Assembly: GCA_030390025.1 (NCBI GenBank)
Contig: CM059431.1
Span: 44,330,001 to 44,394,000 of the forward strand
Length of the DNA: 64,000 nt
Direction: 5' to 3'
DNA from: Squalus acanthias
Lineage: Eukaryota
The translations under genes were made by a program, and so were the position numbers. Position 1 is the stretch's first letter. Each line of letters starts with the position of its first letter. Positions 12,190-24,300 of the stretch are shown one piece after another. The notes below the pieces were generated by a model, which was not told the DNA's origin, made no database searches, and saw only the letters and a program-made list of their open reading frames with translations.

Positions 12190-12309
12190 CTGAACAAAAA
12201 AGTTAGTAAAAAAAATTTATATGGTTTCTTTATAATTCACACACAAGAGGCAAGGAGGGGAGAAAACAGAAAAAAAAGTTTTAAAACATTGCTCATAATA
12301 TATACTTAC

Positions 12310-12443
12310 ACCAAGTTATATAACCCCAACATCCCCATTCCTCTGAAGTCCGTCTTTGGGTCATCACCTTGGAAACCTATTTCACACCACTGCTTGCTAA
12401 TTCGACCATCCAACGTCACATCAGGGCGAAGCAAAGTCCACAG
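12310..12443 (-). CDS. ELMOD1: ELMOD1 coding exon (ELMO domain, WCEIGFQGDDPKTDFRGMG motif)
   Basis: 134 bp, AG/GT boundaries; LWTLLRPDVTLDGRISKQWCEIGFQGDDPKTDFRGMGMLGLYNL includes the GAP arginine motif. Confidence 0.97.
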
Positions 12444-13133
12444 CTGACAGAATTTATAGAAAACAAAATAATATTTCTGCACAAATTGGTTTAAAAAAAA
12501 AATTAAATTGTAATAATAGTTGAATAAACAAGTTAGTTAGAATTCACATTCAATCTCCTATTGTCAGTGTCTGCATGCTATAAAATGTATACATTCATTT
12601 TAAACAAAACAGCTCTATATGATGCAGGAGTTGTTAATGTCATAGGCCTCGATATTTACAAGGAGGGAGCAGGGGGAGCATGTTTGCGGGGCTGGGGTGG
12701 GGGGGAACCTGGAAATGCCGGGAACGCGGAGGTTCTGCCAATGGCAGGACCTCATTATCATTTTTTTGCTCCGTTTCCCGCCCGGCAGGCAGTCTGATTG
12801 ACCGGCAATCGGGAAGGAGGGGAGATCAGGAAACATCATGGGTTTGGGGGGGGGGGTTGGGGTTGGCCGATCATAGCAGAAAATTTGCTTGAGGGGCTTG
12901 GGGGAGCATTCCTGCTCCTCCTGGCCCACAAGCAGTGCTATTAAAAGCACTTTCGTGCTGGATCCGGCTGCTCCCACCTCCCTTTAGCTGTCGGGTTTCC
13001 AGAGTCCTGGGAACCCCGGCCGGCCAGCGTTAAATTTAAGTTGCTGCCAAAATATCAGGAACAGAGCCTCATTTACATATTATAGTGAGAAGTCGCACAA
13101 CACCAGGTTATAGTCCAACAGCTTTATTTGAAA

Positions 13134-13170
13134 TCACAAGCTTTCGGAGCGCTGCTCCTTCGTCAGGTGA
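13134..13170 (-). ncRNA. Minimal type I hammerhead ribozyme motif
   Basis: Reverse complement reads TCAC-CTGACGA-A-GGAGC(AGC)GCTCC-GAAA-GCTT-GTGA. Confidence 0.7.
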
Positions 13171-13180
13171 AGTCTTCACT

Positions 13181-13673
13181 TTGGATCGGGTGGATGCGGG
13201 GAGGATGTTCCTGATGATGGGTGAAACTAGAACTAGGGTCATAGTCTTAGAATAAGGGGCTGCTCTTTCAAAACTGAGATGAGAAGGAACTACTTCACTC
13301 AGAGGGTGGTAGGTCCATGGAATATGCTGCCCCAAAAAGCTGTAGAAGCTACATCATTACATAAATTTAAAACAGAAATAGACAGTTTCCTAGAAGTAAA
13401 GGGAATTAAGGGTTACGGGGAGCGGGCAGGAATTTGGACATGAGTCTAGGTTCGGATCGGTCATGGCCCTGTGGGTAGCGTAGCGGGCCCAGGGGCCGTG
13501 TAGCCTGATCCTGCTCCTATTTCGTGTCCCCAATTCTGTTAGGTTCAGGAGATGGTTCTGTGATAGTAGATTGGTGGTTAGGATCAGATCAGCCATGATC
13601 TTATTGAATGGCGGAGCAGGCTCGAGGGGCCAATTGGCCTACTCCTGCTCCTATTTCTTATGTTCTTATGTTC
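13181..13673 (+). mobile_element. CR1 3' end inserted between the Penelope-like arms
   Basis: Near-identical to 53245-53750; (TTCTTATG)n tail; TTCACT TSD at 13175-13180 and 13671-13676. Confidence 0.9.
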
Positions 13674-13676
13674 ACT

Positions 13677-13713
13677 TCACCTGACGAAGGAGCAGCGCTC
13701 CGAAAGCTTGTGA
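13677..13713 (+). ncRNA. Minimal type I hammerhead ribozyme motif
   Basis: TCAC-CTGACGA-A-GGAGC(AGC)GCTCC-GAAA-GCTT-GTGA: helix I, core, helix II, palindromic AGCT in place of helix III, CUU triplet. Confidence 0.75.
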
Positions 13714-14014
13714 TTTCAAATAAAGCTGTTGGACTATAACCTGATGTTGTGCAACTTCTCACTTTTGTCCACCCCAGTCCAACACCGGCATCTCCGCATC
13801 ATACATATTATAAATTACGGACTCCAGAGCGGGTTACTCAGATGCCCCGAAACCCGCCGCAGTTAAAACGGAAGCAGGCACGTTTGCGGTGGGTTGGGGG
13901 TCAGGTTTTGCAAATTTGCCAATTTAACCACCCCCCCACCCTCTCTGGCCTGTTGTGCGGGGTTAAAATTCCCCCCAAAGTGTTTTTTAAAGTAAGTAAT
14001 ACTATTCGCAGTTA

Positions 14015-14438
14015 CAGGAAACTTTCGTTTATCCGGCACCCAAATATCCGGAATTCTCGCTTAACCGGCAAAAATCATCCTCCGAAAACTCCTCTCAAAT
14101 AACCGGCAATGTTGCCGAGTCGCAGTCGAGTCTCCGCGAAAGCCGAGTGCTCCGAAAACTCCTCTCAAATAACCGGCAATGTTGCCGATCCCGAGTCCGA
14201 GTCCGAGTCCGCGAACGCGATTTAGTCAGTAGGGGTACTTTTCAAAAGTGCCACTACTCGGCCTCCTGGCGCTGTCGGAAGTCCGAAACACTGCAGTAGC
14301 AGGAGTTGATTCTCCCGCGCTGCCTGGAGTCTCTTTGTTAAAAATAGCCTCGGTAGATATAACTCTCCGTTATCCGGTACTTTCGATAAACCGGCACCAC
14401 GCCGGTCCCGTCGATGCCGGATAAACGAAAGTTTCCTG
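14015..14438. mobile_element. Tc1/mariner-type MITE, same family as 1034-1388
   Basis: Perfect 24-bp TIR CAGGAAACTTTCGTTTATCCGGCA with TA flanks; internal ~39-bp direct duplication. Confidence 0.9.
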
Positions 14439-14850
14439 TACTTCCAAGCTTTTCCTCATTTCTATAAACCACTCAAGGATACCTGTAATTCAAGGTTAAA
14501 CACAGATTAGTAGAGATGTAGCATGTAAGTTTCAAATTTAAAAAAAAAAGGAAAAATCAATTAATTCCTTTAAGAAATCAACGTGAAAACCAACTCATGA
14601 GGCTTACCAAGTTTATCAAGTGATTTTCTGTCCATCAACACAAGTTCAGTACAGACTAGTTATTTTAATGGGAAGTGGGTCTATATCCAAATGATTTGAG
14701 AAACACGGAACTAGAAGATTTGCATTAGGAACATAAAAAGGCTTTAGAAAACACAACTCATACTACCAACATTAAATAAGTGGCACTGTACTGCAGAGAA
14801 ATGGAAACATAAAAACAGTTGCAAGTTCTGCAGTCCCTCTATCCACTGAC

Positions 14851-14980
14851 CTTCAACAGCATTTCTTCATGTTGTGTATTTTCTGAATCATAATGATCTC
14901 TGCGGAGTCTTTCCACTTCTGCAATCAGTCTTCTATATCCTACAATCTGTAGGAGACAGGCCTGCAGAGAAATCCCAAAC
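14851..14980 (-). CDS. ELMOD1: ELMOD1 coding exon FGISLQACLLQIVGYRRLIAEVERLRRDHYDSENTQHEEMLLK
   Basis: 130 bp, AG/GT boundaries; highly similar to vertebrate ELMOD1. Confidence 0.96.
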
Positions 14981-15909
14981 CTTGGCAGAATAAAATAGGA
15001 GTTTCAAAATGTTTATACTGAGAAACAGAATAGTATTCATACATGTGCAATGAAATCAGGACGTTTCCAGGCACCTCAACATGACCTTGTGGCAACTGCT
15101 AACTGTTCCATCCATGTGGAATACACATTGGATGTTGATATGAGTGTAATTTTGAAAAGAAAAAGAAACCTAACTGCATAGTTTCCATAAATTAATACAC
15201 TTGGGCGACACAGCATTTTGGAACACTTATGCAAATTGCTAAGGAGGGATGGAGTGTGACTTTGTACCCAAATTTCCTTACTGAGTGCCTGAATTCCATG
15301 CCAAGTGAAAGCCAGGCAAATTCCCACAGGGATTATGGAAAGGGGTCTTCTCACTCTACCCTTGTACACTTTTTAGCAACTGGTTTCAGCACAATATTAG
15401 CAAGGACAGTAAACAGATCGCAACCCCCCTTCTCCATCACAGCTACAGATGATCAGTGGCATCAGAACACTAGGGAAGCAGAAAAACTTTATAGGGTTTC
15501 TACACAAAAAATAAACAAAAATTAAACTAATAATTAGCTTCGGAAACCTTTATTAGGTGTTAATACAACTACCAGTAGATCTTAACAAAAAGAATCTGCT
15601 TATATGAAAAAAAAGACTGGCATTTATAAAGCACTTGATCACATCTTCAGGATGTCTTATATCACTTTACAAATTAATACATTTTTTGAACTGTTATATA
15701 AGCAGTGAATCAGCGGATGGGTCTCGGTCTCTTGAGTGAACTAGACAAGTGCCAAATGTAAAACTGCCTTGAGTATTGCAGTGTGCCAGATACAAATTTT
15801 TTGCCTCTGGAACCTGTTCTACTTTGGCCTAGATTAAAGGGTTGAAAGTGTCTTTGCTGCACTTATGTTTTCTTGTGACAGTTCCTTTCTTTTTAACGCT
15901 TTCATTTTT

Positions 15910-16292
15910 CTTCAGTCGCCTGGGATCATCCCTGGTCACACGGTTGAGATATCACCACTATTGCTCTGCAATTTATACCCAATGTCACTCACGGTCTTAC
16001 GGGGATTGCTTCATCTTGACGTGGCACTCGTGGCAGTGCAGGACTCGCCCTGGTTTGATAATATTACGTGGCGCCGCCGATTACGTCATCGGGCCATAGC
16101 TTTGCATCTTAAGTGGGCTCCACCTGCCTTTAACGGGAGCCTCGCGATGGCCTCAATTGCCACTGCTAATATTACGGTGGCCGGGAAAGCGGTGGGATCA
16201 TGATTTTCAAGATCTGAACCCCATGCCAGACCCTTTCCTGCCCGTCAGGAGATTGCAGGGTGGGGGGGGGGGGAGGGATTAAAATCGAGGCC
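15910..16292. mobile_element. Harbinger-type MITE fragment
   Basis: Ends in GATTAAAATCGAGGCC, the reverse complement of the terminus type seen at 12645; GC-rich interior; other end unclear. Confidence 0.45.
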
Positions 16293-16654
16293 TAAGTCTC
16301 AGTGACCTTGAGTTACGGAGGGGGACAAAATAAGCCATGGTTCCTGTCCCGATTGCTAACCTGTGATTCCTGCTCGATAGTGAATGTGTGCAAATGGAAT
16401 ACTAGCACAGAATCGGGCTTGGCTGTGATACCCTCTGTGGTTGAATTGCCCATTAACACTAACCATCTAGAGTCACATGAGTTGTTGATGTAGAGTCCAT
16501 ATACTCTTTTAAAAGGTAATTAGATGGTTGCTTCATAAACAGTAATTGAATGGTAAGGGATAAAAAAACTTGGATAAATTAATACACACATATATATCAT
16601 AAAAGCCACTCATTTACTGTTTTCATAGAATAATAGACAGAGCTATGAAATTCA

Positions 16655-16850
16655 TTCCCCTCTCTCCTTTTTCCCCTCCTTCCTCCCTTTCCACCTCCCT
16701 CCCCTTCCTTCTCCCCTCCCTCCTCCTTCACCACCCTCACCCCATTCCTTCCTTTCTCTTCCCTTCCCCATCTCCTCTTCCACCCTCCTCCCTTCTTCTT
16801 CCCCCTTCCCCACATCTCCCTAATTGCCTCCTCCCCTCCATTATCCCCAC
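16655..16850. repeat. Polypyrimidine (CT-rich) low-complexity tract
   Basis: ~195 bp almost exclusively C/T on the + strand. Confidence 0.9.
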
Positions 16851-17439
16851 CGTGTAACCCTGCTTGACCATAAAAATTCAAATTGGTCTCGATTACCTGC
16901 ATGCTGTGCCATGAGGTTGACTAGTATAATATTGTATAAAGATATAAAGGCGCTATATAAATACAAGTTGTTGTTAACATGATGTTACTTCAAGTGCTTC
17001 TTTGGCAACATAAGAAATGCCTCATCCTACATTGGAACCCCGAGAAAACACCTCCCCCTCCACGGCCACCATTACCTTCTTTGGGTAACCCCAACCATTT
17101 ATTCTGTAAGGCTGAGGTCGCTTCATTTCCCAGCAAGCTGTTCCGCTACGTTCACATACAAACAGAATTGGCAGCAGCCCCTCAAAACCCATCAGCAAAT
17201 TAAAGACTGCTGTATACAGCACAATTCTATGTTCAGCATTGAGTGGCTGTAACCTGAAATTCAGTCCTGGACAGATTCACTTGCATGAAGAGTAATATTT
17301 ACTGAGTGATGGCACTACACTGTGTGTGGGAGGATAATTACTGACATAGATCTTGTATTTGAATCTGTAATTACAAAACATTGCCAAGAGTGCCAAAAGA
17401 TCATAGGAAATGCGCAGTATAAAGTTCAAATTCCATTAC

Positions 17440-17537
17440 TGTGGATTGGTATCAGGATTAATTTTTTTCAGCTGCATGATGTTATCGACAGTCCTCTCGA
17501 TATCGTCTATATGGGTGATCACAGCAGACTGGAGTAG
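17440..17537 (-). CDS. ELMOD1: ELMOD1 coding exon LLQSAVITHIDDIERTVDNIMQLKKINPDTNPQ
   Basis: 98 bp, AG/GT boundaries; phase fits neighbouring exons. Confidence 0.95.
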
Positions 17538-18418
17538 CTGCCAGACAGAAAGAGAATAGATTGAAGATATACAACCAAAAAGATACAACAAACTATCAGT
17601 CAAGCAGAAAAACGCTTCAACAAAAATTTATTTTAAGCAATTTGATATATCACAATATACTACTGTAGACCTCTAAGTTAAAATAAGTAGTGTTTCATTA
17701 TCTGGGGAGACCTGTTTAGTTGTTTTCAGTGGGTTACAGTATCAAAATTGAAAGGTATTTCAAAATTATTATACTGCCTGCTCACACTGCGGTTGAATGG
17801 GGAAAAACAAAGCTTACTTATTGGCATCTGCTTACAAGCCTCTGACGACCATGGAATTTTGACCAATAGAACAGCTTTAAATATGACTGTCCTGGGGTGT
17901 CCAAACTATGGCAAAAGCTCCAGTTATCCAGCTCACTAAGACTCGGCTCCTGATGCAGCATTTTCCATCCACTGATTGCTTGCCTTTTTGAAATTTTTGT
18001 ACCTGTGGATTGTTGAAAAAGGCTGCTTTCTGATGGGTAGATTTAGCACCTGAATCTACCAATCAGGGAGAGGCCCAGAATCCACCAATGAAATAGTCTT
18101 TCACTAATCTGTCGGGTCTGTTATGTTCAAAAGTGCAGAAAATAAGCTTGCAAGCATTGAAGATAGAATATTCCAGCAGATTTATGAGTAAGAAGTACCA
18201 GCAACGTATGGCAAGCAGCACTAGCAAACAGCAAGGGGAAGGAGCAGCAGAGATAAGATGGGCAGGAGGGCATAAGCACTGGTGGAAATAAGGCAGGTGG
18301 AGAGCAGGCAGCCAGCAAAATGGTGAATGAGGAACAGGAAAGTGATAGCCTTTATACTATCTGCTCTTATGGTGTTTGCAATTTTTCCAAGTGTTTGAAA
18401 ATACCTTTGATATATCGA

Positions 18419-21347
18419 GGGGGCTAAACTGGACAGCTCCCGAAAACAGGCCCGTTGGATGTAATCCAGACAGCACAGCATCTTCGTGCTGCCCTTCTCA
18501 TTTACATGATTGCTGCGTGCAGCCAGCGCTAAACACACTGTTGATTGGCTGCACACATCAGCAGGGGGCCCAAAATAGATACTTGCTACCACTACTTAAA
18601 GTTAGCCTGCACTGCTTAAAGTTAGCCTGCACCTCTTAAAGGGGAGGTGCATTGTTGCTGGAGCAGGTTCTGGGAGTCGTTGTGCAACTGAATCTGACCT
18701 AGGAAAGAGTGAAGAATGGCTCAATATGGGAGAGAGTGGGCTCCAGGGTTTCCCGATGCTGCACTGTTGGTCTTGGTGAAAGAAGTGCCGTCCTGTATCC
18801 TCAGAGGGCCAGGAGGCCCTCCAGACACACGGTGATAAGGCAGTGGGAGCAGATAGCCATGGAGGTCAATGCCAGGAGTCAAGCCCCAAGGACCTGGATT
18901 CAGTGCCGCAAGAAGTTTAATGACCTCACAAGAGTGGTCAAGGTCAGTGAATGCACCTTCAAATACCATATCCTACCAACTGCACCATTAGCCTCAGCCA
19001 CTGCTCAATTCGCCACACCCCCATCACTCACCTACCAACAATCTCTATCAATCAGGACTCGTATCTAACATGCATATGCTTCACCTCACCCTCTTAGCAC
19101 TGTTGCAAGCCTCACACCCACATCTCACAGCTTGCACACACTGCCAGTTATTTAACCACGACAGCCACATCACCCAAACATATTGCACGACACTCCGACA
19201 CACTTCCCTCTCTCTTGCAAGAGAAGGGGGTGCAAAACTGAAGGCAGCAAGAACTAATCGGAGGGGAGAGGCGCGCCTGCATGACCTAACCCCCGTGGAT
19301 GAGACGGTGCTGGCCATTATTGCTGAGGCTGTGGCCAGCGGCGGGGCTGAAACCATTGAAGATGATGGTATGCTCATACCTAATCCTCCTTCTCACATCC
19401 CACTTCCTCTTCATCCCACAATCTCTTCCGACTTACAAGCTGCAGATGGTGTAAGCATGCACCTCTTACATTCCTCCCCTCCCCTCACCACAACCATACC
19501 CTTGTGCCTTTGTCCTTTCAGATATCCAAGAAGTGCAAACTGGTCAGGCAGTGGAGGAAGACCAAGAGCGTGATGATGAAGACACACTGTCATTTGATTT
19601 CACACTCGCAGCCACCAGCTCAGATACTGACACTACGCGTATCTTAGGGGATAGATTAGAGGTGGCATCTGCACATGGTGAGACACCAGGCACAAGTACA
19701 CTGCAGCCAGGGTAGGAGGGTAAGGATAACGCAGATGTCAGCTCACCGGAGGGCAATGTTGCACACGAGTTCTGCTGCAGAGGACTCAGATGAGGACTTC
19801 GATGGGCAGGCTACAGAAGGCGGCTGATGGGTATACACAACAAAATGCTTGGTGCATTGGGAAGCCTGCACCAACTTAGCACAGGGCCCAACCATGATGC
19901 AGCGTCTGATGGCTGATGTCTCAGCTTCCACTGCAGCACAAGCAGCTTCCACCAAAAGTCTGAGTGCTGCAGTGGAAGCTCAAGCTGAAGTCATGCAAGG
20001 TCAGCTTGCTGCCATGCAAGCTCAGACTGCTCTCATGCAAGCTCAGACTGCTATCATCATAGCTGCAGATACCAGTGTAGAAAGGAGCTTGCAGGGTGTC
20101 ACAGCAGTCCAGTGATCTGTGCTCAACAGATTACTAGGATTGCTGAGGCACCGCCCTGGGGGAATGGCAGTGGCTCCATGGAGAACAAGCCTGCTGTCCT
20201 CTCTCAGGATGACAGCATTCGTCCTCCCACCCCTGCCACTCCACCAGTGCTCTTGCCTGTCAGCCAGCAAGTCCAGTCTGCTGCTGCCCATGCCAAGATG
20301 GTGCAGTCTACAGCTGGGCCTCCTAGGCCCAGAGCTGCTCGAGGTCATCCTCCAAGGCTATCTGCAGCCTCCTCCACTGAAAGCCAGCAACCTTCCACCA
20401 GCCATGCCGCAGCCACTGGGGTGGCACTCCATAGGATAGGCAAAGGCACACGATAAGACAGGCACTAAGAGAATGCACATGGGTGATTAGTTTACGTTTG
20501 TATGCAATATGGCATGATTTCATTTATAAATTTGGTTTGGAATGTTTATTTTGTGGTGGGGTGGCTTTTATTTTTGCATTGTGGCAAGAGGATGATGTGA
20601 TGGGCAGTGACAGAGGCAAGGTAAGGTGTGTGAGACTGTTGGTGAATGGGGAATTGGGGGTGCAGTTACTGGTATCTCACTCAAATTAGTTCTTCACGTA
20701 ACCCCTGGGCAAAAAGGGTCTGTCTAGGTTGCCGCCTCCCTTCCTCGTCCTCCTCTTCCCTCTTCTAGCAGCTTGTCCTGCTCTGTGTGGCCTCTGTTCA
20801 TTCTCCCAGTCATGCTCTATTCCAAGAGGAAGGCCGACTAGTGCACTCATGTCTGGGAGCAACTGGTTTCTGCAGAAACCTTGAAGTCAGCAAAAAGTAC
20901 TTCAGCACTTACCACAACACTCCCTGTAGACTGTTGAAACTTGAAACAACTATGGAAAGCTGCAAAAACGTGTAGAATTGTAGCAAGAGCCAGAAGAAAT
21001 CAACCAGCAACTAACCTGTAAGTAGTTGATGATCCCTTTAAATAGCGATGGTGGGAGGCCATGTCTGCTGCTTAACGCGTGTACAACCATGCGAGCTTAA
21101 GACAGGGCATTGGCTGGACTGGCAGCGCTGGCGTCAAATCAGCGTTGCACACTGATTGATGTCATAATCTGCCTGCTCTGCATACTTCTGGCAGACATTC
21201 ACTGTGCACGCACTAACGCCTGCACCAAACTAGCGTCCGGCACACTTCAGGTCACAAGTGTGCATGCGCGCCACGGACGCCATTTTGGAACTCTAAGGGC
21301 ACTCGTAGCACCCAAAAAAGGGGCACTACTGGCCCAATTTCTTGCCC
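18419..21347. mobile_element. Harbinger element retaining the Myb/SANT gene, transposase deleted
   Basis: Termini GGGGGCTAAACTGG and CCAATTTCTTGCCC; both subterminal regions are similar to those of 29954-32472. Confidence 0.8.
18716..20456 (+). pseudogene. Harbinger Myb/SANT-like gene (spliced, degraded)
   Basis: MAQYGREWAPGF..; WEQIAMEVNARSQAPRTWIQCRKKFNDLTRVVK then a GT donor at 18943. Further exons start at ~19221 and 19521; Ala/Gln-rich coiled coil; frameshifts present. Confidence 0.8.
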
Positions 21348-21738
21348 GCTGTGTTTGCTTATTTAACTAGGAAATAAGTAGAAAACTTTCTATTTGAACT
21401 TTAAGTATACCTTCTACGTGGTATTTTGTATTGTAATTGTTTATATGTGGCCTACAGAGCCATGGTAAGAGAAAAAGTTTTGACACCGAGCTAATCAGTT
21501 CTTTTGCTATAATTAGAAAATTGAATGTTTCACACAACAGCCGTCCTGTGGTCTTTTTAAAGTTTGCAACAGAAAAAAGGAAAGAACTTGCATTTATATA
21601 GTGCCTGTTATGTCCCCAGGACATCCTAAAGTATTTAGTCAGCTGCAGTTGATATGCAATACCATTAGTGCAAGATTGCATTGCTACTGATGCCAAACTA
21701 CTAGCATCATTATACTACACATCTGGGATTGGTATGGT

Positions 21739-23275
21739 TTACATAGGATTACATAGGATATACGGCACAGAAACAGGCCACTCAGCCTAACCAGTCCATG
21801 TCGGTGTTTATGCTCCACTCGAGCCTCCTCCCGTCTTTCCTCATCTAAATCTATCAGCGTCACCCTCTATTCCCTTCTCCCTCATATGTTTGTCCAGCCT
21901 CCCCTTAAATGCATCTATACTATTCGCTTCAACCACTCGCTGTGGTAGCGAGTTCCACATTCTCACCACTATTTGGGTAAAGAAGTTTCTTCTGAATTCC
22001 CTATTGGATTTCTTGGTGACTATCTTATATTGATGGCCTCTAGTTATGCCCTTCCCACAAGTGGAAACATTCTCTCTGTATCCACTCTATCAAAACCTTT
22101 CATAATTTTATAGACCTCTACTAGGTCACCCCTCAGCCTTCTTTTTTCAAGAAAAAAGAGACCCAGCCTGTTCATCCTTTCCTGATATTTATACCCTCGC
22201 ATTTCTGGTATCATCCTTGTAAATCTTCTCTGCACCCTCTCCAGTGCCTCTATATCCTTGTTATAATACGGCGACCAGAACTGCACGCAGTACTCTAAGT
22301 GTGGTCTAACCAAGGTTCGATACAGGTTTAGCATAACTTCCCTACTTTTCAATTCTATCCCTCTAGAAATAAACCCATGTGCTTGGTTTGCATTTTTAAT
22401 GGCCTTGTTAGCCTGTGGCGCAACTTTTAGTGATTTGTGTATTTGTACTCTGAGATCCCTTTGTTCCTCTACCCCACCTAGACTCGCACCCTCCAAGTGA
22501 TAAGTGACATCCCTATTCTTCCTACCAAAATGTAATACCTCACATTTGTCCGTGTTGAACTTCATTTGCCAATTATTTGCCCATTCTGCAAGTTTATTAA
22601 TGTCCTCCTGTAATTTGTTGCAGTCCTCCTCAGTATTGACTATCCCCTCCAATTTGGTATCATCTGCAAATTTAGAAATTGTGTTTTTGATTCCAAAGTC
22701 TAAATCATTAATGTAAATTGTGAACAGCAGTGGTCCCAGCACTGATCCTTGTGGAACACCACTACCCACCTTCTGCCACTGTGAATAGCTACCCTTACTC
22801 TCTGCTTTCTGTCTTGAAGTCAGCTCGCAATCCATTGCTACTTGTCCCCTGACTCTGCATTCTCTGACCTTATTTATTAGTTTATTATGGGGTACCTTAT
22901 CGAAGGCCTTTTGAAAATCTAGATAAATTACATCTACTGCATTACCATTGTCTACTCTCTCTGTTACCTCTTCAAAAAATTCAATAAGGTTGGTCAAGCA
23001 AGATTTTTCCTTTTGAAATCCATGCTGACTATTCATTATTATACTTTTTGTTTCTAGATGTTCTTCTATTCTCTCCTTTAGTAGGAATTCCATTATTTTT
23101 CTGCCACTGATGTTAAGCTGACTGGTCTAGAATTCCCTGGACATGTTCTATCCCCCTTCTTAAATATTGGTATTACGTTAGCTATCCGCCAGTCCTCTGG
23201 CACTACACCTTTTTCTAATGAATTATTAAATATGTGTAATAATGCCTCTGCGATCTCTTCCCTCGATTCTTTTAA
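21739..23275 (-). mobile_element. CR1 LINE, 5'-truncated, same subfamily as 1430-3086
   Basis: 349-aa RT ORF at 22044-23093; 22-bp TSD ACACATCTGGGATTGGTATGGT at 21717-21738 and 23276-23297. Confidence 0.96.
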
Positions 23276-23523
23276 ACACATCTGGGATTGGTATGGTGCG
23301 AATGATCAGGACTATAGCAAGTTGAATCATGCAGTACAACTGAGGCATTGTGTTATGGAATAGACTGCCACCTAATAGTGTAACTGCTGACTCAGCTTAA
23401 GTATTCATAACATAATTGGATCAGTCCTAATTCAGTAGATAATAAAGGAATTCATATCCAGATACAGTTTGCACATTAAAAATAATAACCATGGATAGAA
23501 TGCCAACAAAGAATTCTACTTAC

Positions 23524-23552
23524 TTCATTCCTGGAGGACTTTAGCGATGACT
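23524..23552 (-). CDS. ELMOD1: ELMOD1 29-bp coding exon ESSLKSSRNE
   Basis: ttcttgtcag|...|gtaagt; keeps the frame between flanking exons; corresponds to human ETSLRDSKSK. Confidence 0.88.
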
Positions 23553-24069
23553 CTGACAAGAAAATACAGAAATCAAATTATTCTACAATGCAGACAATTA
23601 TATATCCAACAGTTCATACTAAGCTGGAATGGTGGAGATCCCAACCTGCATTGCACTAAGCTTAAAGTGGCTGTCATTTTATTGCCTGTTTAATAACATG
23701 TTTGCTGCCATCTGCTCTCATCCGCTCACTGCAATTTGTGCCTATAACAGTGCAGTTACAATTTCAGAATGTAATAGCTGTTGGATTTGACAATGAAGCA
23801 GCCATCAAGCACACGAGATGGTGTGTGGAGCCAGGGAAGCACTGCCTTCTTGCTCTCTTAATACCTGCCAACTTGACAGACCCAATGAGAAACTTAAGTA
23901 GATTGTCATTATTTTTATGAAAGAGGAAGAACATTACACTGAATTTAAATTAAATTTTTAAGTGTTATAGAGGAAGATAGCACAATCATCACTGTGCTTT
24001 GTACTTCAAAACTGCTGGTAAAAGACAGTCTATAAGCAGACATTTTGAGGTAGAAACTTGGGCGTGCCC

Positions 24070-24300
24070 ATTTCTACATCCCTGGGTTCTTCTGCACAGC
24101 CTTGGGTGACCTCAATCATATGTCAATCTGCTGTACACCTCTGTATCAAGATGGTCACAGATGTCCTGTTCAGGCGGGCAGCTCAATTTATCACCTTCTC
24201 AACGGACCTGCCAAGCAGTAAGTGTGAGCAGCCAACTTTTGTAGACTAGCAGGATTCCCTTATAGCGCTATTGATGATATTCATGGTGTTGAAGGCCTTA
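24070..24300 (+). pseudogene. Highly decayed Harbinger transposase fragment
   Basis: ICQSAVHLCIKMVTDVLFRRAAQFITF resembles the HARBI1 HTH-to-DDE linker. Confidence 0.6.

Larger units (their letters stand above)
13085..13801. mobile_element. Penelope-like element terminal repeats in inverted arrangement
   Basis: Arms ~13085-13173 (-) and 13674-13801 (+) are inverted copies; 11-bp TSD TACATATTATA at 13074-13084 and 13802-13812. Confidence 0.75.
12645..13976. mobile_element. Harbinger-type non-autonomous element hosting nested insertions
   Basis: Termini GGCCTCGATATTTAC and GGGGTTAAAATTCCCCCC resemble those of 3469-9687; 3-bp flanks ATA/AAA. Confidence 0.65.

Noticed and set aside
16300-16490. 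Segment similar to 41990-42140 (possible unclassified SINE)
   Set aside because: Similarity is visible but too diverged to define boundaries or family.
16597-16902. Gly/Glu/Lys-rich and Pro/Ser-rich ORFs
   Set aside because: Artefacts of the polypyrimidine tract.
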